NCBI GenBank assembly: GCA_038087875.1
Contig: CM075995.1
Coordinates: 8,186,001-8,250,000, forward strand
DNA: 64,000 nt
Origin: Malacoraja senta
Taxonomy: Eukaryota
Reading direction: 5' to 3'
The notes below the pieces were generated by a model. It did not search any database, was not told where the DNA came from, and saw only the letters and a program-made list of their open reading frames with translations. The translations under genes were made by a program, and so were the position numbers. Positions 1-11,560 of the stretch are shown piece after piece; position 1 is the stretch's first letter; every line of letters starts with the position of its first letter.

Positions 1-193
1 TTTTCCCCGAGATCTTCGGTTTCCTCCCACATTCCAAAGACGTACAGGTTTGTAGGTTAATTGGCTTGATTATAAATGTAAAATTGTCCCTAGTGTGTGT
101 AGGGTAGTGTTAGTGCGTTGGGATCGCTGGGCGGCGCGGACTCGTTGGGCTGAAGGGCCCGTTTCCACGCTGAATGTCTGAACTAAACTAAAC
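1..193 (+). mobile_element. HE1-like V-SINE, 3' part
   Basis: gacgtacaggtttgtaggttaattgg core, gaagggccc tail and ctaaactaaa terminus. Full mirror copy at 47037-47358. Confidence 0.8.
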
Positions 194-279
194 CCACTTT
201 GTACTATTACTTTGTGTAATAGACATTCAACAAATCATACACTTAAAGAAGTACGGACATTTATGGCTATTATCAAATG

Positions 280-815
280 AAAATTTGGTCTCCTAATTTG
301 AGGTGGGACATTCTTGCCATTGAGGGGGTGCAGCATAGGTTCACGAGGTTAATTCCCGGGATGGCGGAACTGACATATGTTGAGAGAATGGAGCGACTGG
401 GCTTGTATACACTGGAATTTAGAGGGATGAGAGGGGATCTTATTGAAACATATAAGATTATTAAGGGATTGGACATGCTAGAGGCAGGAAACGTGTTCCC
501 AATGATGGGGGAGTCCAGAACTAGGGGCCACAGTTTAAGAATAAGGAGTAGGCCATTTCGAACGGAAATGAGGAAAAACGTTTTCACCCAGAGAGTTGTG
601 AATCTGTGGAATTCTCTGCCTCAGAAGGCAGTGGAGGTCAAATCTCTGGATGCTTTCAAGAGAGTGTTAGATAGAGCTCTTGAAGATAGCGGAGTCAAGG
701 GATATGGGGCGAAGGCAGGAACGGGGTACTGATTGTGGATGATTAGCGATGATCACTGTGAATGGCGATGCTGGCACGAAGGGCCAAATGGCCTACTGCA
801 CCTATTGTCTATTGA
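280..815 (+). mobile_element. CR1 LINE 3' fragment
   Basis: Encodes WSPNLR..IEGVQHRFTRLIPG..TRGHSL..FTQRVVNLWNSLP, the CR1 ORF2 C-terminus, followed by the CR1 3'UTR. Mirror at ~46415-46950. Confidence 0.92.
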
Positions 816-869
816 AAAAGTCAAGTGGAATTTCCCATCCCTTGTAGTATAGAGTATTAGTGTTCAATA

Positions 870-1028
870 GACAATAGGTGCAGGAGTAGGCCATTCGGCC
901 CTTCGAGCCGGCACCGCCATTCAATGTGATCATGGCTGATCATCCCCAATCAGTACCCCGTTCCTTCCTTCACCCCATATCCCCTGACTCTGCTATCTTT
1001 AAGAGCCCTATCTAGCTCTCTCTTGAAA
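870..1028 (-). mobile_element. CR1 3'-end fragment
   Basis: Reverse complement of the CR1 3'UTR (ggcctactcctgcacctattgtctattg). Confidence 0.85.
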
Positions 1029-1049
1029 GTTCAACCATGTAATTTTTAA

Positions 1050-1740
1050 ACGTGAGCACAGCCTGGTTTAGCAACTTGAACGCCCAGGAACAAAGAAGAT
1101 TGCAAAGAGTGGTCTTCTTTTGTCGTATGTCTTTTAGACCTCCAGCTCTGTTGAGGGGAGCCAGGCCAACGTGTCATCGTCCAGGTCAATCAGATCTCGT
1201 TCACCATTCGGTGGCCGGTGTTTGGGGCAACTGGTGACGATGTGCTCCACTGTCTGTGTTGGGTCCCCACACTCGCAGGAGGCGCTGTCCACGAGGCCCC
1301 ACCTCTTCATCGCTACTCCATAGCGTCCTATGCCTGTCCTCAAGCGGTTGAGGGTTGTCCACTGCTTTCGGGCAGGTCCTGGCCAGGGACGTCCATGGGG
1401 TCATTGATGTAATGGTGTAGCCTAGATGGTTCCGCTAACTTCCACTGGTCTCTCCATCTCGTCTTGACCCAGGCAAAGAGTGGTGAACTCTGCCCAGTCC
1501 ATCACAAGTCCTGACCTCCTCACCAACGAAGGGATCTGCAGGAGTCGCTGCCTCAAAACATCAGCCAGCATCTTCGGAGACTCACACCACCCTGGCCACG
1601 CTCTCATTTCACTCCTGCCATCGGGAAGAAGGTACAGGAGCCTGAAAACTGTAAAGTTCAGGTTCAGGAACAGCTTCTTCCCTGCAACCATCAGGCTATT
1701 AAACACTACAACCTCCAAATAAGCTCTGAACCACATAGAC
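1050..1740 (+). mobile_element. Rex1/L2-type non-LTR retrotransposon 3' fragment, split by an RTE insertion
   Basis: TAWFSNLNAQEQRRLQRVV|NSAQSIT..HHPGHALISLLPSGRRYRS..FRNSFFP; the peptide is continuous once 1114-1472 and one TSD copy are removed. Mirror ~45490-46180. Confidence 0.75.
1114..1472 (-). mobile_element. RTE-type LINE 3' fragment with 12-bp TSD
   Basis: LRTGIGRY..WGL..CECGDPTQTVEHIVTSCP (C-terminal Cys/His motif), short aag-type tail, TSD gcaaagagtggt at 1102-1113 and 1473-1484. Confidence 0.8.
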
Positions 1741-1790
1741 TTGGGGCCATTTTTTGTTGTCTTTACACTGTTTTTGTTTTTTGTTTGTTT

Positions 1791-1807
1791 ATGTGTGTGT
1801 GTGTTCA

Positions 1808-1863
<56 letters not shown>

Positions 1864-1895
1864 TTATATATACAGTATATATGTGTGTGTGTGTG
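1791..1895. repeat. (TG)n/(TA)n microsatellite
   Basis: Direct reading; length differs from the mirror copy at ~45336-45437. Confidence 0.95.
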
Positions 1896-2106
1896 TAGGA
1901 AGGAACTGCAGATGCTGGTTTATACAGAAGATAAACACAAAAAGCTGGAGTAACTCAGCAGGACAGGCAGCATCTCTGGAGAGAAGGAATGGGTGTCGTT
2001 TTGGGTCAAGACCCTTCTTCAGACTCGATCTGAAACATCATCCATTCCTTCTCTCCAGGCATGCTGCCTGTCCCGCTGAGATACTCCAGCTTTTTGTGTC
2101 TATCTT
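1895..2106. mobile_element. Penelope-type terminal repeat pair in inverted orientation
   Basis: gctggagtaactcagc..cagcatctctggagagaaggaatgg followed by its reverse complement ccattccttctctcc..gctgagatactccagc. Mirror 45126-45336; independent example 48050-48256. Confidence 0.7.
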
Positions 2107-2779
2107 ATGTTTGTGTGTGGGTTCATAAGTTCATTAGTGATAGGAGGCTGGCTCGAAGTGCTGGCTAGAAGGGCCGAATGGCCTACTCCTGCACCTATTG
2201 TCTGTAGGAGCAGAATTAAACCATTGGACCCGTCAAGTCTACTCCGCCATTCAATCATGGCTGATCTATCTCTCCCTCCTAACCCCATTCTTCTGCCTTC
2301 TCCCCATAGCCCTGACCCCTGTGTGTGTGTGTGTTCAGTAAAAACATATCGTTTATATATGTACATAGTGCACTTTTCTTTTGTTTACTGCGTTTACAGA
2401 GTACTATGTTTACATATCTGTTGTGCTGCTGCATGTAAGCATTTATTTGTTCCGTTTCGGGACATATGACAATAAAACACTCTTGACTCTTGATTCTCTT
2501 GGCTTAAGTTGTAGATTTACAGATCTCCTTGGTAACCCTTCCACCTATTACCTTAAATCTATACCTCCTATTTACTGATCTCCGTGCTAAGGTAAATAAT
2601 CGCTTTATATACGTCATCCAGTCATCATCATTTTGTAAACCAGGAAAATTTGAGCCACAGGTAACGGTGAACTGTTGCATGTTTCCCACAAGTATTTTAG
2701 TTTCTTTGACCATTAGTCGTGAATCATGGACCATTTCTGGAAAGATGGTTTTCTCCCCCAGGATTGTTCATGTCATTAG

Positions 2780-3062
2780 GTCATAAGTGATAGGAGCAGA
2801 ATTAGACCATTCGGCCCATCAAGTCTGCTCCGCCACTCAATCATGGCTGATCTATCTCTCCTTCTTAACACCATTCCCCTGCCTTCTCCCCATAACCCCT
2901 GACCCCCGCACTAATCAAGAATCTATCTATTTCTGCTTTAAAAATATCCATTGATGTGGCCTCCACTGCCTTCTGTGGCAATGAATTCCACAGATTCACC
3001 ACCCTCTGACTAATAAATTCATCCCCATCTTCCTAAAGGAACGTCCTGTAATTCTGAGGCTA
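2780..3062 (-). mobile_element. CR1 3' fragment
   Basis: Reverse complement of cagagggtggtgaatctgtggaattc..gatcagccatgattga..gggccgaatgg. Confidence 0.8.
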
Positions 3063-5830
3063 TAATAGCTATTAATGATTATGATATAGTTGGGATCACG
3101 GAGACATGGCTCCAGGGTGACCAAGGCTGGGAGCTGAACATCCAGGGATATTCAATATTCAGGAGGGATAGAGAGAAATGAAAAGGAGGTGGGGTAGCGT
3201 TGCTGGTTAGAGAGGAGATTAACGCAGTGCAAAGGAAGGACATTAGCTTGGAGGATGTGGAATCGGTATGGGTAGAGCTGCGAAACACTAAGGGGCAGAA
3301 AACGCTGGTGGGTGTTGTGTACAGGCCACCTAGCAGTAGTAGTGAAGTTCGGGATGGCATCAAACAGGAAATTAGAAATGCGTGCAACAAAGGCAAAACG
3401 GTTATAATGGGTGACTTCAATCTACATATAGATTGGGTGAATCAAATTGGCAGGGGTGCTGAGGAAAAGGATTTCTTGGAATGTATGCGGGATAGTTATC
3501 TAAACCAACATGTAGAGGAACCAACGAGAGAGCAGGCTATTCTAGACTGGGTATTGAGTAATGAGGAAGGGTTAGTTAGCAGTCTTGTTGTGCGTGCCCC
3601 CTTGGGCAAGAGTGACCATAATATGGTTGAGTTCTTCATTAGGATGGAGAGTGACATTGTTAATTCAGAAACAACGGTTCTGAACTTAAAGAAAGGTAAC
3701 TTTGAGGGTATGAGACGTGAATTGGCCAAGATTGACTGGCAATTAGTTCTAAAAGGGTTGACGGTGGATATGCAATGGAAGGCATTTAAAGACTGCATGG
3801 ATGAACAACAAAAATTGTTCATCCCAGTTTGGCAAAAGAATAAATCAGGGAAGGTAGTGCATCCGTGGATAACAAGGTAAATCAGGGATAGTATCAAAGC
3901 AAAAGATGATGCGTACAAATTAGCCAGAAAAAGCAGCATACCAGAGGACTGGGAGAAATTCAGAGACCAGCAGAGGAGGACAAAGGGCTTAATTAGGAAA
4001 GGGAAAATAGATTATGAAAGAAAACTGGCAGGGAACATAAAAACTGACTGCAAAAGTTTGTATAGATATGTGAAGAGAAAGAGATTAGTTAAAACAAATG
4101 TAGGTCCCTTGCAGTCAGAAACAGGTGAATTGATCATGGGGAACAAGGATATGGCGGACCAATTGAATAACTACTTTGGTTCCGTCTTCACTAAGGAAGA
4201 CATAAATAATCTGCAGGAAATAGCAGGGGACTGCGGGTCAAAGGAGATGGAGGAACTGAGTGAAATCCAGGTTAGTCGGGAAGTGGTGTTGGGTAAATTG
4301 AATGGATTAAAGGTCGATAAATCACCAGGGCCAGATAGGCTGCATCCTAGAGTACTTAAGGAAGTAGCTCCAGAAATAGTGGATGCATTAGTGATAATTT
4401 TTCAAAACTCTTTAGATTCTGGAGTAGTTCCTGAGGATTGGAGGGTAGCAAACGTAACCCCACTTTTTAAGAAGGGAGGGAGAGAGAAAACGGAGAATTA
4501 CCGACCAGTTAGTCTAACATCGGTAGTGGGGAAACTGCTAGAGTCAGTTATTAAAGATGGGATAGCAGCACATTTGGAAAGTGGTGAAATCATTGGACCA
4601 AGTCAGCATGGATTTACGAAAGGTAAATCATGTCTGACGAATCTTATAGAATTTTTCGAGGATGTAACTAGTAGAGTTGATAGGGGAGAACCAGTGGATG
4701 TGTTGTATCTGGACTTTCAGAAGGCTTTCGACAAGGTCCCACATAAGAGATTAGTATACAAACTTAAAGCACATGGTATTGGGGGTTCAGTATTGATGTG
4801 GATAGAGAACTGGCTGGCAAACACGAAGCAAAGAGTAGGAGTAAACGGGTCCTTTTCACAATGGCAGGCAGTGACTAGTGGGGTACCGCAAGGCTCAGTG
4901 CTGGGACCCCAGCTATTTACAATTTATATTAATAAACTGGATGAGGGAATTGAAGGCAACATCTCCAAGTTTGCGGATGACACTAAGCTGGGGGGCAGTG
5001 TTAGCTGTGAGGAGGATGCTAGGAGACTGCAAGGTGACTTGGATAGGCTGGGTGAGTGGGCAAATGTTTGGCAGATGCAGTATAATGTGGATAAATGTGA
5101 GGTTATCCACTTTGGTGGCAAAAACAGGAAAGCAGACTATTATCTAAATGGTGGCCGATTAGGAAACGGGGAGATGCAGCGAGACCTGGGTGTCATGGTA
5201 CACCAGTCATTGAAAGTAGGCATGCAGGTGCAGCAGGCAGTGAAGAAAGCGAATGGTATGTTAGCTTTCATAGCAAAAGGATTTGAGTATAGGAGCAAGG
5301 AGGTTCTACTGCAGTTGTACAGGGTTTTGGTGAGACCACACCTGGAGTATTGCGTACAGTTTTGGTCTCCAAATCTGAGGAAGGACATTATAGCCATAGA
5401 GGGAGTGCAGAGAAGGTTCACCAGACTGATTCCTGAGATGTCAGGACTTTCATATGAAGAAAGACTGGATAGACATGGCTTATACTCGCTAGAATTTAGG
5501 AGATTGAGAGGGGATCTTATAGAAACGTACAAAATTCTTATGGGGTTGGGCAGGCTAGATGCAGGAAGATTGTTCCCGATGTTGGGGAAGTCCAGGACAA
5601 GTGGTGAATCTCTGGAACTCTCTGCCACAGAGGGTAGTTGAGGCCAGTTCATTGGCTATATTTAAGAGGGAGTTAGATGTGGCCCTTGTGGCTAAAGGGA
5701 TCAGGGGGTATGGAGAGAAGGCAGGTACGGGATACTGAGTTGGATGATCAGCCATGATCATATTGAATGGCGGTGCAGGCTCGAAGGGCCGAATGGCCTA
5801 CTCCTGCACCTATTTTCTATGTATCTATAA
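3063..5830 (+). mobile_element. 5'-truncated CR1 LINE (APE + RT), inactivated
   Basis: TETWL, YRPP, MGDFN, SDH (APE); LDFQKAFDKVPH, GVPQGSVLGP, FADD (RT). Stops at ~3179 and 3878, internal deletion near 5600, tail ttctatgtatcta. Confidence 0.97.
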
Positions 5831-7690
5831 CCTCCAGTCCCAGACTCTCCCACTAGTGGAAACATCCTCTCCGCATCCACTCTAGTTTTGTTAGTCATCT
5901 GCTCAATAGAAATCTCACTGCATCTTACCACCAGGGGCGCCGGGGAGATGGCTGCCCTGCCGGCAGTCTGTTCGTCTTTTCACAATCTTTTTGGTATTTT
6001 TTAGTTTGTTAAAAGTTTTGTTTTAATGTTCTTCGGTTTGTTTTATGTGGTGGGAGGGGGAGGGGGGAGGATCGTGGCTCTTTAGCGGGGCCATGGATGA
6101 ACCCCAGTTTGGTCTGTCCTTTGTTTGTCTGTAAACGAACCACTTGGCCTTGGATTAGTGGCTTCAGTGGCTTGCTCGTTTTGTCGTAAGCACGTTTCTG
6201 CGCGTCTCGATTGGATTTGTACGTGCGTTTGAATTACAGCGGGGCAGAGAACTTTGGGCTTTAAGTGATCCTGAGTCACAGGCAGTGGAGGTCTTGTCCA
6301 CCGGGACATCAGTCGTTGGGCTGGAGAGTCTCTGGCAATATTCCTCAGGTTCAACAGGTCTAGGTAGACATCAGATTTTGCCAGGAAGAACCGTTCCATA
6401 AGTTGTTTAGCGCTGCGCACAGCGCGTTCGGCAAGTCCGTTGGACTGTGGGTACTCTGGGCTGCTGGTGACATGTTTAAAGTTCCAGCGCTTGGCAAAGT
6501 CTTTAAACTTTTGGCTGGAGAATTGTGTCCCGTTGTCAGTCTGAAGGCGGGCTACAATGCCATGTACGGAGAAGTGCTGACGGAGTTTCAGGATGACTAG
6601 TTCTGAGGAGATGGTTGGTAGAAAATCAATTTCGAACCAACTCGAGTACGAGTCCACCAACACGAGATAGTGTTTCCCGTGCCAGTCGAAGATATCGGCA
6701 GCCACGGATGACCATGGTAGGGAGGGAGCCGGTTGGGACAGCAGTGTTTGTTTCTGCTGGTGTGGCGCTTGCCTGTTGGAGATCGCGCATGACTCCGTTT
6801 TTTCCCAAATATACTTGGTCATTCCGGGCCAGTAAGTAATTTCTTTGGCGTGTTGTAGGGTGGCCTCAACACCTGGGTGGCCACCATGGATCTCCTCGTA
6901 GTACTCCTTTACGTAGAGAGGGGGGGATGTTCGTCTTGTGACCCTTTACGATCACTCCGTCCTGTAGCACAAGTTCGTCACGTACCAGGAAGTAGGGTTT
7001 TAGTTCAGCGGGAGTGTTGGATTGTTTGTTTGGCCATCCGCCTTTAATGAAGTTAGCAGCTGGGAGGTTTTATCCATGGCAGTGTGTTCGGCGAGGCGGC
7101 GCAGGCGGTCAGTTGGAACAAAGGAAACCTTTAGAATAGAGAATTCCTCACGTTCATAAGGATGTTGTTCGCTGGTGGCGCGTGGTGCCCGGCATAGAGT
7201 ATCTGCGATGGGCATGTCTTTACCTTTTTTGTAGACAATGCGGGAGTCGAACTGTTGTAGCTGCATCATCATGCGTTGAAGCCTTGCTGGGGCAGCGTGG
7301 ATTGGCTTGTTCAGGATTGTGACTAGAGGTTGATGATCAGTCTCTACCGTGAAGGTTTTGCCAAAAATGAAGTCTTTGGATTCGGAGCAGGCAAAAACCA
7401 CGGCAAGCAGCTCTTTTTCTACCTGGGCATAGCGCTGTTCGGTATCCATTAGTGTTCTGGAAGTGTAGGATACCGGCAAAACATTGCCGTTGAAAGAGGT
7501 CTGCAGACATGCAGCGCCTAGTCCATACTGGGATGCGTCGCAGGTGATTGTAACTGGCAGGTTGAGGTTAAAGTAAGACAGAGTCTGTGCACTAACGAGC
7601 TGTAGTTTTAAAGTCTCAAAAGCTCACTGGTGGTTTGGGTACCAGGACCAGGTGTTGTCCTTTTGGGTTAGTTGACGTAGGGGGGCTGAT

Positions 7691-8434
7691 AGTCAAAGTC
7701 AAGTATCCTTTATTTGTCATTCAGACCTTTCGGTCTGAATGAAATTTCGTGCCTTGCAGTCATACATATAATAAAAATAACAAAAACACACAATAAACAC
7801 AAATTTAACATCCACCACAGTGAGTTCACCAGGCACCTCCTCACTGTGATGGAAGGCAAAAGTCTTAAAGTTTTTGTCTCTTCCTTGTTCTCCCTCTGCG
7901 CTGGGGCGATCCGAAGCTGCCGCCCTCCAGTCCAGCGGACGAAGCTGTTGTTGCGGGAGCTCCGGAAAAACAGGTCATCAACCTGTGACCTGCGAGCTCC
8001 TGACGATGTCGTCCACTGGACCCGCAGCCGAGCCTCCGAAGTTGGGCCACCGCCTCCGGAACGCTGGCACAGCTCCGCAGTTGGGCCGCCGCCGCTGGAA
8101 CGCCGCCACAGCTCCGCAGGCGTGCCACCGCCGCCGGAACGCCGCCACGGCTCCGAAGTCGGGTCGCCGCCGCCGCCACAGCCCCGAGGCCGCCAGCTCC
8201 GCCATTAGGCCTCAGCGCAGACGGAGGCGGATACGGGGGATATGACAAGAAAAAGTCGCACCCCCCCCCGAAGGAAGAGACCAAAAACATGTTTCTCCCA
8301 CCCCCCCCCTCCACACATACACAACCTAATAAACTAAAATTAACTAAAATAGGACAAAAGAAAACAACAACAAAAAGAAAAAACACACGGAGTGCAGGCG
8401 AGCCGCAGCTGCTAAAGCAGCGCCGCCACTTCCG
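7691..8434 (-). mobile_element. GC-rich SINE-like insertion within Gypsy pol
   Basis: Interrupts pol after NLSE; ends in gacaaataaa..cttgactttgact tail; internal ~39-bp GC repeats. Mirror ~38821-39568. Confidence 0.7.
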
Positions 8435-9901
8435 GTTTCGCTGAGATTGCGGATGAACTTTCCCAAGTAGTTGACCATGCCTAGAAATCGTTGCAGGCTG
8501 GTGACGTCAGTTGGTACCGGCAGCTCGTTGATTGCTGCAGTCTTCAGTGGGTCTGGTTTTAGTCCGTTGCTAGTGAACACGTGACCTACGTAAGTGACTT
8601 CAGAACCCTGAACTTGCATTTAAGGGGGTTCAGCTTTAAGTTGATATCTCTGGCACGGTCCAGTACTTTACGTAGGTTGGCATCGTGCTTGGTGGCATCG
8701 CGGCCATAAACTAGAATGTCGTCAACTATGATAGCACAGGGGAATTCCGCAAACAGTTGTTCCATTGCATGCTGGAAGACTTCGCTGGCAGAGTTGATGC
8801 CAAAGGGCATTCTTAGGAACTGGTAACGTCCGATCGGGGTGGCGAATGTTGTTAATGCCGATGAGGCACGGTCTAACGGGATTTGCCAGAATGAGGTTTT
8901 GGCATCCAGGACTGAGAAAACCGTTGCGTTACCGATTTGTGCTGCGACGTCTTCGATGGTCCTCATAGGATAGTGTTGCCATTTGATTGCTGTATTCAAA
9001 TCTTTAGGATTGATGCAGATGAGTAACTCCTTCTTGTCTTTCTTTGTGGTGACAACCATGGTGGAAACCCAATCGGAGGGCTCGCTGACTTCGGCGAGGA
9101 CCCCAATGAAGACCATACGTTTAAGTTCATCGTGTACTTGCTGGCCCGTACCATGCGGGACGCGGTGAGGGGCACGTATGGTCGACAACGATCTTGTATA
9201 TTGTAGGTAGTTTACCGAGTTGGTTGTCAAACAAATCTTTGTAGTTGGATAGCACCTGTTTGGGTGGTCCCTCTGTCAAACAGAGTTTGTGAACAGCACG
9301 CCCGAAATAAACCAAACCCAGGTCATAGCATGCATTGATGCCAAGCAGGGTTTCAGAACTTGGCTGAACGATGTAAAATAGCAAGTCCTTGGTCTGTTCA
9401 TTGATGGTACACTTGAAATCGGCTTTGCCAAGTGGGTGAAGAATTTCCCCTCTGTAAGCATGTACAGTGGAGGAGTCTTTTCTCATGCGCTCAGTGGTTC
9501 TTATCTTGTTGAACACTTTGAGTAACATGACGTTCACGCGGGCACCGGTATCGACCTTGGCGATCAGCAGTTTGTTATTGATTATCATGGTCACAGCAGG
9601 ATCAGTGACTTTGCCTGTGGTGCGCAGGTTTAGGGAAAGTACGGTAGGCTCAGTGTCTGAGCTATCAGAGTCGTTCCTGTGGGATGATTCGTCTTGTTCA
9701 TGGGAATCTGAATCTGATGGGTCTTGTTGAATCAGGTGCAGCTTCGTCCGTGGAGCTGTACTCCCACTAGATCGACAACAATTTGCAAAGTGGTTGGGTT
9801 TTTTGCAATTATGACATACTTTCCCATGGGCTATGCAAAATTGGTGCCCCCCCCGGGGTGGAAATAGTTAGTTTGTGCACCTCGTATTAGGCATGTTCTG
9901 A

Positions 9902-10728
9902 ACAAGATATAAGATACAAGATACAAGATACACTTATTTGTCACATGTGCCTGTTGGCACAGTGAAATGTAATGACCATACAGCCATACAGTAAAAATAA
10001 AGAACACAACATAGTGTTGATAGAATTCAACATAAAACATCCCCACACAGCAGAATCAAAGTTTCCCACTGTGAGGGAAGGCACCAAAGTCAGTCATCGC
10101 CCTCCGCAGTTGCCACTATGGGGGCCCGATGTTCAGGCCCGCTCGCCGGGGTGGTGTAAGTCCGACGTCGGGGCTGGGGGACATCCTCAGTGGCCTGGAC
10201 ATCAGTCGGCCACCTCCTACCAGAGTCCGCAGCTCCCAAAGTCCGCTGGCCGCACTGGGCGGTGATGCAACACTGGCGGCCCTTGGCAAAGGGCTCCAGG
10301 ACTCCACGATGACGGTCAGCGCCGGCCGCGTTGGGAGCTCTCCCAAACCGCAGCTCCACGATGTTGGAGCAGCGGCCCAATGCTCCGGAGTTCCAAACGG
10401 CGACCCAGGTAGGCATCGCCCGCTCCGCGGTGAATCCAGCGCTGTGCCGCCGCTGTTGCAGCTCTGGTCCGGTTCCCGGTAGGAAAAGCCGCTCCGATCC
10501 AGTGGTGGTAGACCGCGAGGAGGGGGGCGAGGACGCGACTCGGAGAAATAGTCGTGTCCCCGCCAGGAAGCAACTGGGAAACAATTTCCCCCTTACCCTG
10601 CCCCCCTCCCTCACATAGAAAAGTTAAAGTTCCCCCCCAAAACAGACTTTAAACTAACTAAAATGTTTTTAAAAGATTGAAAAAACGAACAGGCTGTAGG
10701 CAGAGGCTGCCGCCACTGCAGCACCCCC
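9902..10728 (-). mobile_element. GC-rich SINE-like insertion within Gypsy gag
   Basis: Tail tgtgacaaataa..(tatcttg)n; gag-like sequence on both sides. Mirror ~36525-37350. Confidence 0.7.
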
Positions 10729-11560
10729 AGAACCTTGCTGGATGCATTGAGAAATCCTTGCGGAGAGTAACTAGCCATATTCACATTTAGCTGTTGATTA
10801 GCATTCGCGATATCATAATCAGCCAGTGGTGCCACAGTCTCAGCCATCCGACAAGCATGAATAGCCTGATCTAAAGTCAGGTCTGCATTCTGTAATAGTT
10901 CAGCTCGCAGCTTTCGGTCGCTCATTCCTCCCACAATTTTATCTCTGACAAGCTCATTTGTTATCTCACCAAATCTGCATCAAAAACTGATGTCTCAGGT
11001 CGCTGATGAATCGTTCCACAGGTTCATCAGGCTGTTGCACTCGGGCAAAAAATCTTGTCCTCTGAACTTTCTCAGCAACACCATCGAGTTATCTATAGAT
11101 TCTGCTGGCACCAGTACCTGCCCATTCGCATCCAGTTGGGCAGGTGCAAATTCAAACGAGTCAGCGCAGATCATAGCCTCCGGAACCCGATAAATTCAAC
11201 AGTAGCGAAGCCTTCAAATCGTCGGGATCGTTGCGGTGAACGATGCGTATATAATGAGGGTAATCCTTCTCAAACATTTTCCATCGCTCGGCGATATCAG
11301 AATCAAACACTAGCGGGCTAGGCTTTCGACAAGAGCTAGCCATATTTCCACATCACAAAAAAACACGTAAATAAAAACTGGTAAACGAAATAAATCGCGA
11401 TAAACAGACGCGGGGCAGACCCTATCAGACACCATGTAAAGAGCACAAACTCACACGGGTTGAAACACAAGCATCTTTATTGTTCAGGTCATCAACTACA
11501 CAGCAGGTCATCATACGTTCACACTGCTACTCCGACTGGCAAGCAGTGGGCAGGATCTTA

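Larger units (their letters stand above)
6075..11560 (-). mobile_element. Degenerate Ty3/Gypsy LTR retrotransposon (left copy); 5' LTR split, remainder at 16750-16827
   Basis: gag MASSCRKPS.., protease VDTGA, RT IVDD, RNase H (EKELLAVVF, TDHQPL), integrase (DIF, TDNGTQF, SNGLAERAV) in PR-RT-RH-IN order; frameshifted; no 3' LTR found. Confidence 0.93.

Noticed and set aside
2504..2786. ORFs in apparently unique sequence
   Set aside because: The minus-strand end (LFTLARRSVNRRYRFKVIGGR) resembles a decayed CR1 C-terminus; no convincing splice sites; ORF ends differ in the mirror copy.
3079..5652. Recurrent minus-strand ORFs such as MKSPIITVLP and MLLFLANLY
   Set aside because: Antisense shadows of CR1 ORF2 that recur only because the LINE copies are near-identical.
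7714..8386. Overlapping Ala/Arg/Pro-rich ORFs (also 10090-10618, 16153-16721, 36639-37170, 38931-39673)
   Set aside because: Stop-poor GC-rich repeat insertions open in several frames; no protein motifs.
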